The notes beneath the pieces were generated by a model. The model was not told the DNA's origin. It worked only from the letters and a program-made list of their open reading frames with translations, and made no database searches. A DNA stretch of 64,000 nt from Nemertoderma westbladi. Lineage: Eukaryota; Animalia; Xenacoelomorpha. Positions 40,601 to 52,273 of this stretch are shown piece after piece; the stretch's first letter is position 1; the number at the start of each line of letters is the position of its first letter. The position numbers and the translations under genes were made by a program. The DNA is taken from assembly GCA_032718475.1 (NCBI GenBank), contig JAUCBJ010007707.1, positions 1-64,000 on the forward strand, in the 5' to 3' direction.

Positions 40601-42851
40601 GCACGTTTAGACCTTTAGCAGTTTAACCTGCCAATTTTAGTTGTCCTCTTGTTTATAAATCGACTTTAGCCTATATCGATTATTTAGTGCACTGAAGTTA
40701 CATCAGCCGAAGCCATAGTCTGTGCGCGATCATTCACCCACAGTTAAGGGAGACTGGATTCGGGAGTTTTGAGAGTTATTGCAATGTAGACCTACTGTAT
40801 TATTCGATTGATCGTTACTATATAATCTCTGACAATATATTTACTTTCGGGGAAATATTAACAGTTCCTTTTGGACGTGGTGCTTTAAGTATAAAACAGA
40901 GTTATGACTTATACTAATCACAACTAGATGGCCACAGAGTTTCGTAAATAGCGCATTCTTTAGGAGATGCTTTATTATCCTTCACACTACTTCACACGAC
41001 TTCACACTACTTCACACTACTGCGCACTAATCTGCCGACCGTCACTGAATTTGATCATATATAAGGAAGATCGCAACTGACACTTGTAGGGATTATGAAA
41101 TAGCATTTAATACACACAAAAACCACTATAATTTAAGTCGCAGTTGCTACCGGTAACCTGTTCCTCTTACCTTCAGTAATCAAGAAGATTGGGGGTTTTA
41201 TGATTATTTATCGGTATTCTCCAAATATATCAGCAATATACATAAATATAACAACAATTAATAACAGACCGTAAACAGAAGTAAAATAATGTGGTGAACA
41301 GTCAGTATGTGTTACGTAATGCATTGGGTTCAGTAATGAGATAGGTGTCGGGTAATGTTATGAGATAATAGATTTACATTCTTGTAATCAAAGCCATCTG
41401 ATGTTTAGGCCAAAGTCTGAAACTTCCACACAGAACTACAGAAGAATTCCAAGCCGGTTCCGAGGCTCAGAAAGGTAAACAAAAGACCGTAATGCATTGC
41501 GCGGGTTTCCATAGGCCTCTGTAAGACATAAAGTGAAAATCGCTCTGATTGGCTGAGCAGAACAAAGAAGTTCCACGTCCACAAAGAATCAGCTGAGAGA
41601 TTTCGTCATCTGGGCTCGGATTCCTCCCTTTCACGTAGTTGGATAGATTCAGGGCTATTTAAGAGTATTCTGCGCATTGCGGCAAAAATGACTTGTTATG
41701 TCCTCAAAAGCACCTACACTGCGCATTGCGGGAAAAATGACTTGTTATGTCCGCAAAAGCTTTTACAGCACAGCACGAACACACCCAGACACCCCATCAC
41801 TCATTCACAGCAGCACAGTCTGACAGTCGCACACACATGGAAATCCGTCTGGCAGTCTGGTTAATGATTGTTGTTCACTAATGGTGAGCCAATCGCAGTG
41901 TCTCGCCCCAGCCCCCTCGCCCCAGCACCACATAATACAATAGTAGCAAAATTGTCTGATCACTGGGAGTCTGCAGTCTGGCTGTACAGGATCGTGAGTT
42001 TTTCATCGATTTATTCGCCCTCTGTCTGCCAGTCTGCTGATGTGTTTCTTTTTATGTACAAAAAATTTCTTCTCGCTAGGCTCGAGGTTTTTTTTTTACT
42101 AGAATTGATGAAATTAAGGCCTAATCAATCGCCATACTGGCTTAAATAAGAATAACTACTGGCAAAAATTATACAGTAGGCCTAGTAATGCAGTAATGAC
42201 TGAATGAGCATACAGTACAGGCAAAGGATGTGGGCAGGTCCATGTGGGAGAGCAACAGGCTGACAGGCATGGACACCTTACTGCCTTATAGTTATATCGG
42301 GCATTCGGGCTCTACAGTCCAGTCTGCAGTCAGAGTCAGACGACAGGACGAGGGGAAGGAGCCTTATCTGTAAGTATTAGACCTACAGACCGCAAACTAA
42401 AATATTTGTAAAATATACACCAAACCCAGTAAATAATATGAAGTAAAGGGGTTCAAACAATTTTAGATTATAAAATTCAAGAATACACACGCGTTAGGAA
42501 TTATTTACACCTCGAAATATATAAAATATTTTTTGTCCATGCGCGCCGCAGTTCGCCCGCTAGTTAGACATTTAGCTAGCAACCCCACCCCATATAAATC
42601 ACACCGCGGCAAAGTGTAGGAGCGCCTTTTGGTCTGTCAGCCAGTCAGTACGATTGTTAGGATTCGCTGCGCGGGATTTTGTATCATCGAAGTTTGTCCG
42701 TTCGTAGACTGTTTTCTGCCTCACCGGTTAAAGAGTCCGATACTGCAGTAGATTTGTTTGCTTAGAGTTTACTGTTTTGGTAAGAAGGTTGGATTTGCCG
42801 TAAAACGGAATATGCTTTTGATTTATTGTCTTCTACAGTAGGAATATTGTA

Positions 42852-43987
42852 CAGTCTTGTTCACAATTAAAATCCATTCTTCAATCTGCATCAATCCGAA
42901 TCAATCTACTCTCGTAGAAAAATAATAGTTAGATTGATGAAATTGAACCTACGTTCAACTTCTTCAATCCAGACTTTCTGTCTAGATTGATCAGATTTAA
43001 CAGATTGAAAATGTAGAGCCGAAGTATCCCTCTGTGCAGAGATGCCATGGGTTAGTAGGGCAGTGTAGGGCAGGGGAAGGGGAATAAAGAGCAGGGCGGC
43101 TAGGCGGGTAGACTAAGCTCAAAGAGCATGGCAGCTGCATCAAACAACTATAGGCCAGGCTACTAATGGGATCCCGCAAAGCCTTAGATTGATTGACAGG
43201 CACTGTAACAATACAGTTGGTGTGTGTGTGGTGTTCTACTGAATTGCAGAGTGTACTGTAGAATACTGTAGTTAAATTCCTCCTTTCCAGTTGCAGTCTA
43301 TACAATGTACTGTAGATTATTTTACTTGGCTAACCGCACTATTCCCTGCATTAAATATTACAATAAACGAATAAACCCCTGGAAAAATGCTTGGTAGAAT
43401 GTATCGTTCTGTATAAATAATTTTTCAATAAATAATTGTTTATAATTAAATATAGTTATGTTAATTATTATTCAATTATTTAATTTAAATATACAAATAA
43501 AAGCATGCAAATAACACAACAAGGAATGAATAAATATAATCATTAGATCATTATAATGCAATCTCTTATATACAATATTTAATGTGCTGCATGTCCCTTA
43601 GATAGTTTATGTTTAGAAAAACCGTTCGTTATCGCTTTAGCCGCTTTAGATATTTTAAACGTTTTTATTTTTAAATAGTACATTTATTTGCTATACCATG
43701 TTAAATGTAATCAGTTAGTAAACATTTAATTTGTAATATACTGTAAATAATGCTTACTAAAATACATTTACTTTATTGGCTTGCAAGTGCCCCATAATTT
43801 ATCTGATCCCTGCATTAATCTACTCATTCAAATCAACAAACAGCTTTACTTTGTGGAGCCAACCACGACCGTCTGTCAATCACTCAGTAGGCTAGAAACT
43901 TGCGGTGCCATGAAAGAGTTTTACAGATTGAGGAAATTGAACAGATTGAACAGATTGAAGAATGGACTTTAATTGAGAACACAACTG
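42852..43987. mobile_element. Tc1/mariner-type non-autonomous TIR element
   Basis: TA|CAGTCTTGTTCACAATTAAAATCCATTCTTCAATCTG is mirrored by CAGATTGAAGAATGGACTTTAATTGAGAACACAACTG|TA. Confidence 0.75.
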
Positions 43988-45157
43988 TAGGACTCCCAAA
44001 TAGTAGGAATGTACCCTACTGCAGTCCCTCCGGAGTGTAATAGGGATAGTCAGTGCACTTACTCACCAATTTTCAGACCAAAATACTCAAAATTGTAGGA
44101 GGAGATACATTTTAAGAACGGACCAATCAAAATTTCGTTTAATTGGCTATTAGCCAATCAGAAGCGAGTATTTTAGATGTGTGACCACAGAAATGGAAAG
44201 CCCGTCCAATTACCTTTCAGAATATATATATATGTCGTAGTATCCAATGATATACTATGGTGTATTTGAAACATTACCAAAATGTTGCCAAATCCGACTA
44301 CCCCCCCCCCCCCCCCCCCCCCTTAAAAAAACCAGACCTACAAGGGGACCCTCATGGAAACGAGGTTATACCTCATGAGGCTATCCTCTACACCAAGTAA
44401 CTTGACAAATTTTTATACTTGTAAATATCACGTACCTAATGTTTTTACTTCATATATCGCCTACTGTAAATATCTAATCGGATCAATTGTGCATATCTTT
44501 ACTTATTGTGCCTTGTGATGTATGCGATCGTTGCTACTGTACCTATGTGATCTTCTTAACGTATTATTGTATTTTACTCCAGTATCACTTATATTTTAAT
44601 GAGTCTTTGGTGTAAATAAAAAACTTCAACTTCATTGGAAGAAGCCGTTGAATCTGTGAATATAACGCTGGCCCTGCACGCTTTCAGCTTTCTAAAAGAA
44701 TCAATCAGTGTCTGATGCCGGCTGGTGGAACCTATCTAATTGATACTGTGTAGGAGGTAGATTGCAGATTATAAATTTACAATAGATCGGACCAGAAAGT
44801 ACTTATTCTTATCGTAATTTTCCTCGACGTTGACATGACATATTTGGTCGTGTAACTCAGAATTTGAGGAAGTCGACATTACTATAGTCGACAATTAACG
44901 CTTACCTTAAGGCACAATCCGAATTGAGTATGCAAGTGAAGGAGGGTCTTATTGAATTTATTGTGTATAATTAATTAATTATTCTGTTATTAAATAATTT
45001 AAATTTGATTGTTCGTGCTTTAATATTGTATTGCCTTTGATTGTTACATTATAACGGTTGTTTTTATATTATGTTTAATAGTAATATATTGCTAGGAATT
45101 CGGAGAAAGCAGTACGGTAGTTAGTATTGGCAGGTCGATCTCACAAACCAGTAAAAT

Positions 45158-45467
45158 GTTTAATAGACTCAGAATCGAAGCCATCGTTTAGGTTTAATAG
45201 TTTCCGCCGTCATCGTCCCGTGTTTAATAGACTCCGTCCAGCCGTCGCATCGTCCCGGGTTTAATAGACTCCGTCCAGCCGTCGCATCGTCCCGGGTTTA
45301 ATAGACTCCACTGTGATCTTCCCGGGTTTAATAAACTCAGTCGCCATCGTTCCGGGTTTAATAGGCTCACCCAGCCCGCCGTCACCGTCCCGGGTTTAAT
45401 AGACTCCGCCGCCATCGTCCCGGGTCGCGATCGATACAGGGTTTCCATTTAATAGACTCCGTCGCCC
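45158..45467. repeat. Degenerate 30-37-bp tandem repeat, about 9 copies
   Basis: Recurring GTTTAATAGACTCCG...CATCGTCCCGG. Confidence 0.8.
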
Positions 45468-48411
45468 TCTTTCTGATCCGGGAGTCCGGATCGGCTGATC
45501 GGCTGATCGGCATCGTTCTGCTGTTCAGTGTTTTTAACAAACGCCAGAAATCTGGCACTACTATTTCTGTATTTATTTATTTAAATTTATTATAAGCAAT
45601 ATTTATTTATTTACCGGTAGCCTAGATTTCAATTTAATGAATTACAATTCATTAAATTATGAACACCGGTACTTCTTTACCGTGTGTACTCTGGCTTCCG
45701 GTACTGTCATTCATTGCTGCATTGAATACAACTACCGGTACGCAAAATACTGCAATCTATAAACACTATAAACCCAGATACCTGCTACTGGTAGGCCTAC
45801 TGGTAAAAGGAGTACAGCAGTGTTTTATGTGAAGCAAGTAATCTTAATTTAGCGACATCTTATACTGTTATAAGCAACTAAATTTATAATGTATGAAAAG
45901 ACCAATTGAAATTCAATATTAATTTTCACCTGTCTGCATGGATGGTTGTTTTTAGGTTGTCTTTCATTTGGCGGTCCAGTTCGCCACTCTTTCGATCCAG
46001 TTCGGTCCAGATTCGTGTACCGGTACAGTATTATCCCATTTAATAAATGTCAGTCAATAACATTTTACCACTGCAGAAGGCTTATACCCATACCTGTTTT
46101 TTCCTCATAAATATTAGGCTTATTATTTTTTGATGGGATTTCTTTGTAGTTGAATTGTCGAAGTTTTTACACTGAGCCATTAACAGAGGGTACTGGTATT
46201 AAATTAATTATTTGAATATCATTACTGCATCGACTGCATTTAGTACTGCGTTCTGCGTTGATTATATTCCTATAAACCATACGTGGCTTCGCATATTGAA
46301 TGCATGGATAGTTATAAAGATTGTCAGTCTGCGTTTAGAAAATATATTAGATAATAACGGATAGGCCTACTGGGATCGAGCTCGAACTCGAGATCATGAA
46401 TTTAGACTGCCGCGTTATGTGAACACAATAATGGCGACCATAACAGCATTACAATTTTAAGCAGTCCACATGGAAATAAAATGCACGACCTTTGTTTAAT
46501 AGGGCAAAATAATTGTCGCCTCAACCAACATCTTCCGTATTGAGGATGTTGGTTGAGGCAAAATAATTGTCGCCTCAACCAACATCTTCCGTATTGAGGA
46601 TGTAGGTTTCTCAATACATGCAGTACATTATCATTATTACCCAATAACACATTTCCCCATATGGCAGGGGGTAGTAAGCGTATAGTGTATATCCATTCTC
46701 TTGGCATAAACAATGTCTATCTGTAAAAGCTTTTACTGAATTGTCCGGTTATTTTGCCTTATTTTTCCCGTAAAGTACTCTGTAGTTGGTTTACCAGGCA
46801 TAAAAAGGCCGTGTCCTTGCTGTACTGGTGTTTTAGCGGACATAAGAGCTATTTCTTCTGTATTTGTACTTTAGAGGACATAATCCGTAATTCCGTGACG
46901 TAAAAGCTCGATACTCTTGAAAACAGTGTCGCTACTGTAAAAGCCTTTGCTGAATTGCCCCGTTATTTTTATTATCTTTTACATTAAAATACTCCGTAGT
47001 TGATTTAATAAGTGTAAGAGACCGTATTATTGCTGTATCTGTGTTTTTAGAGGATCTAAGACCTATTTCCTCTGTATGTGTACTGTGAAAGGCATATTTT
47101 ATGATTCTATGGCAATTCGTGACGCAAAAGGGTGATAGCTACTCTTGAACAGTAGTTACTATGACTACGGTTAACAGCTGACATTCATACGTGTTGATTT
47201 CCTTTGTTCTACGGCGTCTCTCAGCTCAGTCAGCCAATGAGAGCGTTTTTGTGGCTCCTTGTACAGAGAATTTCCGAGAAATGACGCAATGCCTATGTGC
47301 AGTGCTTACATTCAGTCTTGAGCCAAAGAAAGAACGGCTTAGAAATATTTTGTGCTGTACTGCTTTTTAGTCGTACACTGGTAGGTTTAATTATAAAGGG
47401 CATATATCCTTTAACAAACGGACTGACGGAACTGCATGCCTATGTGCACTGACATACCGGTACTGATTTGTTGTTTTATACTGCTATTTGCTGTCAGTTC
47501 TTCATAATATGGTTGATGAATTATTATATTTGGAATAACGATAAACAACCCCGAAACCCAATGTTCTTGATATACCGAAGGTAAGAGAGAAGGGTTACAG
47601 ATAAACGATTGTGACTTATGTTAAAGTGGTTTGAAGTGAATCTAATGTTATTTGATAGACCCTACATGAGTCAGCCTGTGTTCCTTTTATATGTGACTAA
47701 AATCAGTGAAGATTGGCAGATTAGTGTGCAGTATTGTGCAGCATAGTGTATGAGTGAGTCTGTTAAAGAAGCAATTCCTAAAGAATGCGCCATATATGTG
47801 GATTATAATTAAGCCATATCGTTGCGAGTAGTTTAAGTCATAACTCTGTTTATGTAGATAAAGCGCCACGTCCTAAAGGAACTGTTAATATTACCGAAGG
47901 TGAATAATATTGTCAGAGATTATATAATACTGTCAGTCGAATAATACATTAGGCTTACATAGCAATAAAAATTAAACCGTCGAACCCAATCTCCCGGGAA
48001 TTTCCAGCGGGTGAATGGTCGCGCACGGATTGGTTTCGACTAGTGTAGTGAATCAAATACTTGTCATAGACTAAAAAGCAGATTTATTATCTAGAAGACA
48101 TTCTAATTTGGCGGGTTAAACTGCCAAAGGTCTGAAAGCGCGAACATTAAAGGATATAGCTTCTTTATTGCAGTAAGCAATAAAGTCGAAAGTACCGGTC
48201 GACCGGTAACCAGTAGGCCTGACTGCCTGATCATCCGGACCGGTACCTACAGCAGTATTATTCGATTTTGATTGTTATATACCAGTAGGTCTTAATAATT
48301 AATCGGGGACGCCTGGTTTTTATTGAGATTTTACTTATTTCTGTCAAGTTTTATTTATTTGTAGGCCAGTATTGAACAGAAGGCGTGTAAGCCTGATCAG
48401 ATTGTACAGAC

Positions 48412-48975
48412 AATTTGTAGGCTGAGCTGTTGTCTGATTGCTGTTAAGTCCGAACGAATTGCAGTGTGTGTAGAGCACTTGTCCGATTAAGTACGGTTAG
48501 GAAGTAGGGGCAGTGAACACTGTAAGGTAAACCCCCAACTAAAGAATAAGTCGCACTACTGGGTTAGAGCGCATACTCCCTAATCATTTCGGAGTCTGCA
48601 TGTCCTGTAGTTTATTTAGGCTTGAGAGTAGTCTGCCATCGTTTAGTCTGTACTTTGTTTGTGTAAGTCTGTACGGGTAGCGTATAATTTTATTTAAATA
48701 ATTTGTAGGCTGGATAGTTGTCTGGCTGTTATTAGGTCTGAACGGATTGCCGCGTGTGTAGATCATCTGTCCGATTAAGTACGATTAGGCAGTAGGGGCA
48801 GTGAACACTGTAAGGTAAACCCCCAACTAAAGAATAAGTCGCACTACTGGGTTAGAGCGCATACTCCCTAATCATTTCGGAGTCTGCATATACCGTAGTT
48901 TGTTTAGGCTTGATAGTAGTCTGTCAGTGTTCGGTCTGTATTTTGTTTGAGTAGTTTGTACGCGTAGCGTAATAT
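48412..48975 (+). repeat. About 288-bp tandem duplication in the leader of element B
   Basis: The core GTAGGGGCAGTGAACACTGTAAGGTAAACCCCCAACTAAAGAATAAGTCGCACTACTGGG...GGAGTCTGCAT is identical in both copies. Confidence 0.85.
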
Positions 48976-50061
48976 TTATTATTCAGAGTTTATGCGATTA
49001 TTCGCAACATTCAAGTCCCTAAGTTTGTTCCTACAGTAATTGTGTTTGTTATACATACCGTTATAGTTAAATTAACCCCGGTACTACACGGGCTGCTCGG
49101 CGTAGGTAAAGACTGGTGATTTTGTGCATCGGTCACTCCAGCAGATGCCGTGGTTCTTTTAGCTGTTCAAGTATATTTAATTACTGATTATCTGTTATAC
49201 AAGTACTCGTACCTAATTTAGGGTTTAGTGTACGGTACTTTCCGAAGTAATTATTGTAGGCATTATATTTGTGTTGTAAAGTGGTTGATAGGCACATTCG
49301 ATTAGCTCTATTAACTTCTAGGTAGGAACACTCCGTGATACATAACGTAGAACCTATAGCGATACGGCTATAGGTCGTCAGGCGGTGGCATTTTCCTATC
49401 TAGACAACGCAGTGTATTTACTACTACTTATTATTTCAAATACCGTAGTACCCTGTCCGCTGTAATAATCAGATTTCTAACCCTTTGTTAGGCTGGTTTG
49501 TAGACTTCTTGTAAAATTACCCTAAAAATTCGTATTTGCGTTTTTGTAAATTTTTGCGTTTATTTAGAGATTGTAATCTCACCCGAATTGTACGTAATTT
49601 GTAGTATTAAGTAACTTAGGTAAATTAGAATTATTTGTTTTAGTGTCTCATAAGTAACACTTCACTGAAAGCGCACCGCTTTGTGTAGTGATTACCCCCA
49701 GAAATAATAACATTTATTTCAAACATTGACAAAACCCATTAAAACGGGTATATATATATTATAAATCAAATCTAACGATTTATAAATCGTAGGCCTACAA
49801 TACAAACATTAGGTCTCAATATAAGTTGGACTACTGCTCAAATAACGGTAATAAAGTAAGTAAGTAACCAAGTAACCCTAAAGTTCAGAAATTCAGTTAT
49901 TTTAAAATAATTGATATACCGGTATTTACGATAGGCCTATTATCTTTATTCCTATAAATCTAGGCTGAAATTATACCGGTACGTGTAATTAATTCTATTT
50001 CAGAATTATATATCCTACAGACTGTAAGCTGTATACCGGTATTCCAGATAGGCCTATTATA

Positions 50062-52046
50062 TCTATATATATAAATATCATGTGTCTGTCTGTCTGTCTG
50101 TCTGTCTGTCTGCTTGTCTGTCCAAGCTATACGTTTCTACACACAAGCACCAATCTGAGCTCGCGATACATCGAACGAAAGCTCTCGTCACGAGCACGTG
50201 CACTGTCGCTATCTCGAGTCTTATTTTACGCGTTTGTTTGCGTGAATGCAGATTTCGTGAATTTGGTACCGGTAGCGCAGTAGGCCTAGCAGTTCATTCT
50301 GTAGGAAACTCTATAACAGCGGTTGCACCATCAGACTCAATCTGTTCTAAATGATACTTTGCAGATACGTTCCTGACCATAGACTGTGTGTTTGGGAAGA
50401 CACTGATCAATCTGCAGTTCTCCAGTCTGCCGCTAGGGGGCGAAATGTCAGAAACTGAAAACCTTCTCCCATTTCGTTATTATTAATGCCTTTTAGCTGA
50501 TACGTGGCAGAGGTCTACTACACCATAGGCTGTGTGTTTTCGGAGGATGCTGACCAATCTGCAATTCCTCAGTCTGCCGCTAGGGGGAGCAATATCTGAA
50601 AGTGAAAACCTTATCCCATTTCGTTGTTTATAATGCTTTTTTGCTGATACTTGGCAGAAGTCGACTACACCATAGACTGCGTGTTTGTAGAGAACTCTGA
50701 ATAATCTGAAATTCCTCTGTCTGCCGGTAGGGGGCGCAATGTCTGAAAGTGAAAACCTTCACCCATTTCGTTCTTTATACTGATTTTTTGCTGATACTTG
50801 GCAGAGGTCTACTACACCAAGACTCCGTGTTTGGGGAGGAGCTAGAACCAGTCTGCATTTCTCCAGTCTACCACTAGGGGGCCAAATGTCTGAAAGTGAA
50901 AACCTTATCCCATTTCGTTATTAATAATGCTTTTAGGCTGACACTTGGCAGATTTGTATTACACCATAGGGAGTGTGTCTAGGTAAGACGCCGAACAAAC
51001 TGCAGTTCTCCATTTGGCCGCTAGGGGGCGAAATGTCTGAACGTGAAAACCTTATGCCATTTTTATGTTTATAATGTTTTTAGGCTGATACTTGTCAGAG
51101 GTCTACTACATCAAAGACTGCGTGTTTGTGGAGAACTAAGACCAATTTGCAATAGCTCTCTCTGCCGCTAGGGGGCGCAATGTCTGAAAGTGAAAACCTT
51201 CATGCATTTCATTGTTTATAATTCTTTTTTGCTGATACTCGACAGAGGTCTACTACACCATAGACTGTGTGTTTGGGGAGGAGCTAGAACCAGTCTGCAT
51301 TTATCCAGTCTACCGCTAGGGGGCCAAATGTCTGAAAGTGAAAACCTTATCCCATTTCGTTATTAATATGCTTTCAGGCTGACACTTGCCAGATGTGTAG
51401 TACACCATAGGGTGTGTGTCTAGGTAAGACGCCGAACAAATTGCAGTTCTCCATTCGGCCGCTAGGGGGCGAAATGTCTGAAAGTAAAAACCTTATCCAG
51501 TTTCGTTGTTTCTAATGCTTTTAGGCTGATAATTGTCAGAGGTCTACTACACCATAGACTGCGTGTTTGTGGAAAACTCTGACCAATCTGCAATTTCTCA
51601 GTCTGCCGCTAGAGGGTGAAATGTCTCAAGTGAAATCCCTCTCCCATTTCTTTGTTTCTAATGCTTTTTTGCTTATACTTGGGAAAGGTATGCTTGACCA
51701 TAGGCTGTTTGTATGGGGAGGACGCTAACCAGTCTCTGGATTTCCAGTCTACTGCTAGGGTGCGAAATATCTGAATCTGAAAAGTAAAAACATTCTCACA
51801 TTTATTTATTAAAAATGCTTTTACGCTTATAATTGTCAGAGGTCTACTGTACTACATCATGTGAAGGACGTTGACCAGTGTAGATATCTGAAAAAGTAAA
51901 ACAGCATCAGTCTTTTGTTTGAGAGAACACTCTCAATCAAATGAAGTTTTGTTAAGTTAATTAATTAATTAATTAATTAATGTTTGGAATGGTGAATAGG
52001 CTTGTGAACTAGAAAGCCGTGGCCCGAAGGGCCACTGGCTTTCTAG
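50062..52046 (+). mobile_element. Non-autonomous Helitron with internal tandem repeats
   Basis: 5' end A|TCTATATATATAAA followed by a (GTCT)n microsatellite. 3' GC-rich hairpin GCCGTGGCCCGAAGGGCCACTGGC and terminal CTAG|T. No TSD. Confidence 0.85.
50377..51850 (+). repeat. 147-bp tandem repeat x10, each with a CTCF-like motif
   Basis: CCGCTAGGGGGCG-like cores start at 50430, 50577, 50724, 50871, 51018, 51165, 51313, 51459, 51606 and 51752. Confidence 0.9.
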
Positions 52047-52273
52047 TATTTATATATATTTGTGCTAAAATTATACCGGTATTCGGTGATAAACCTAGTC
52101 TGTAATAATAGTTATATATACTATAAGCATACCGGTATTCTAATATATTATATATATCACGCTACACTGAGTAGCAGTACCGGTGATTAATTACTAGGCT
52201 AGCAGTTAATACTGAGTTACTAGACTTGCTCAGACTGTAATACGGCAGTAGACATTCAACTGTACACATAAGC

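Larger units (their letters stand above)
26463..41767 (-). mobile_element. BEL/Pao LTR retrotransposon A; RT-deleted, frameshifted gag
   Basis: 5' LTR 40596-41767 and 3' LTR 26463-28239 with TG...CA ends. 5-bp TSD GCACA at 26458-26462 and 41768-41772. PPT-like GGGAGCGG next to the 3' LTR. Gag, protease and integrase motifs present. Confidence 0.95.

Noticed and set aside
44301-44322. 22-bp poly(C) run
   Set aside because: A simple homopolymer with no associated structure I can support.
47687-47869. Recurring 60-68 aa ORF MALYL(H/Y)KQSYDLNYSQRYG (also 23710 and 60402)
   Set aside because: It recurs only because it lies in LTR copies. It has a non-ATG start and is not conserved in A or C LTRs.
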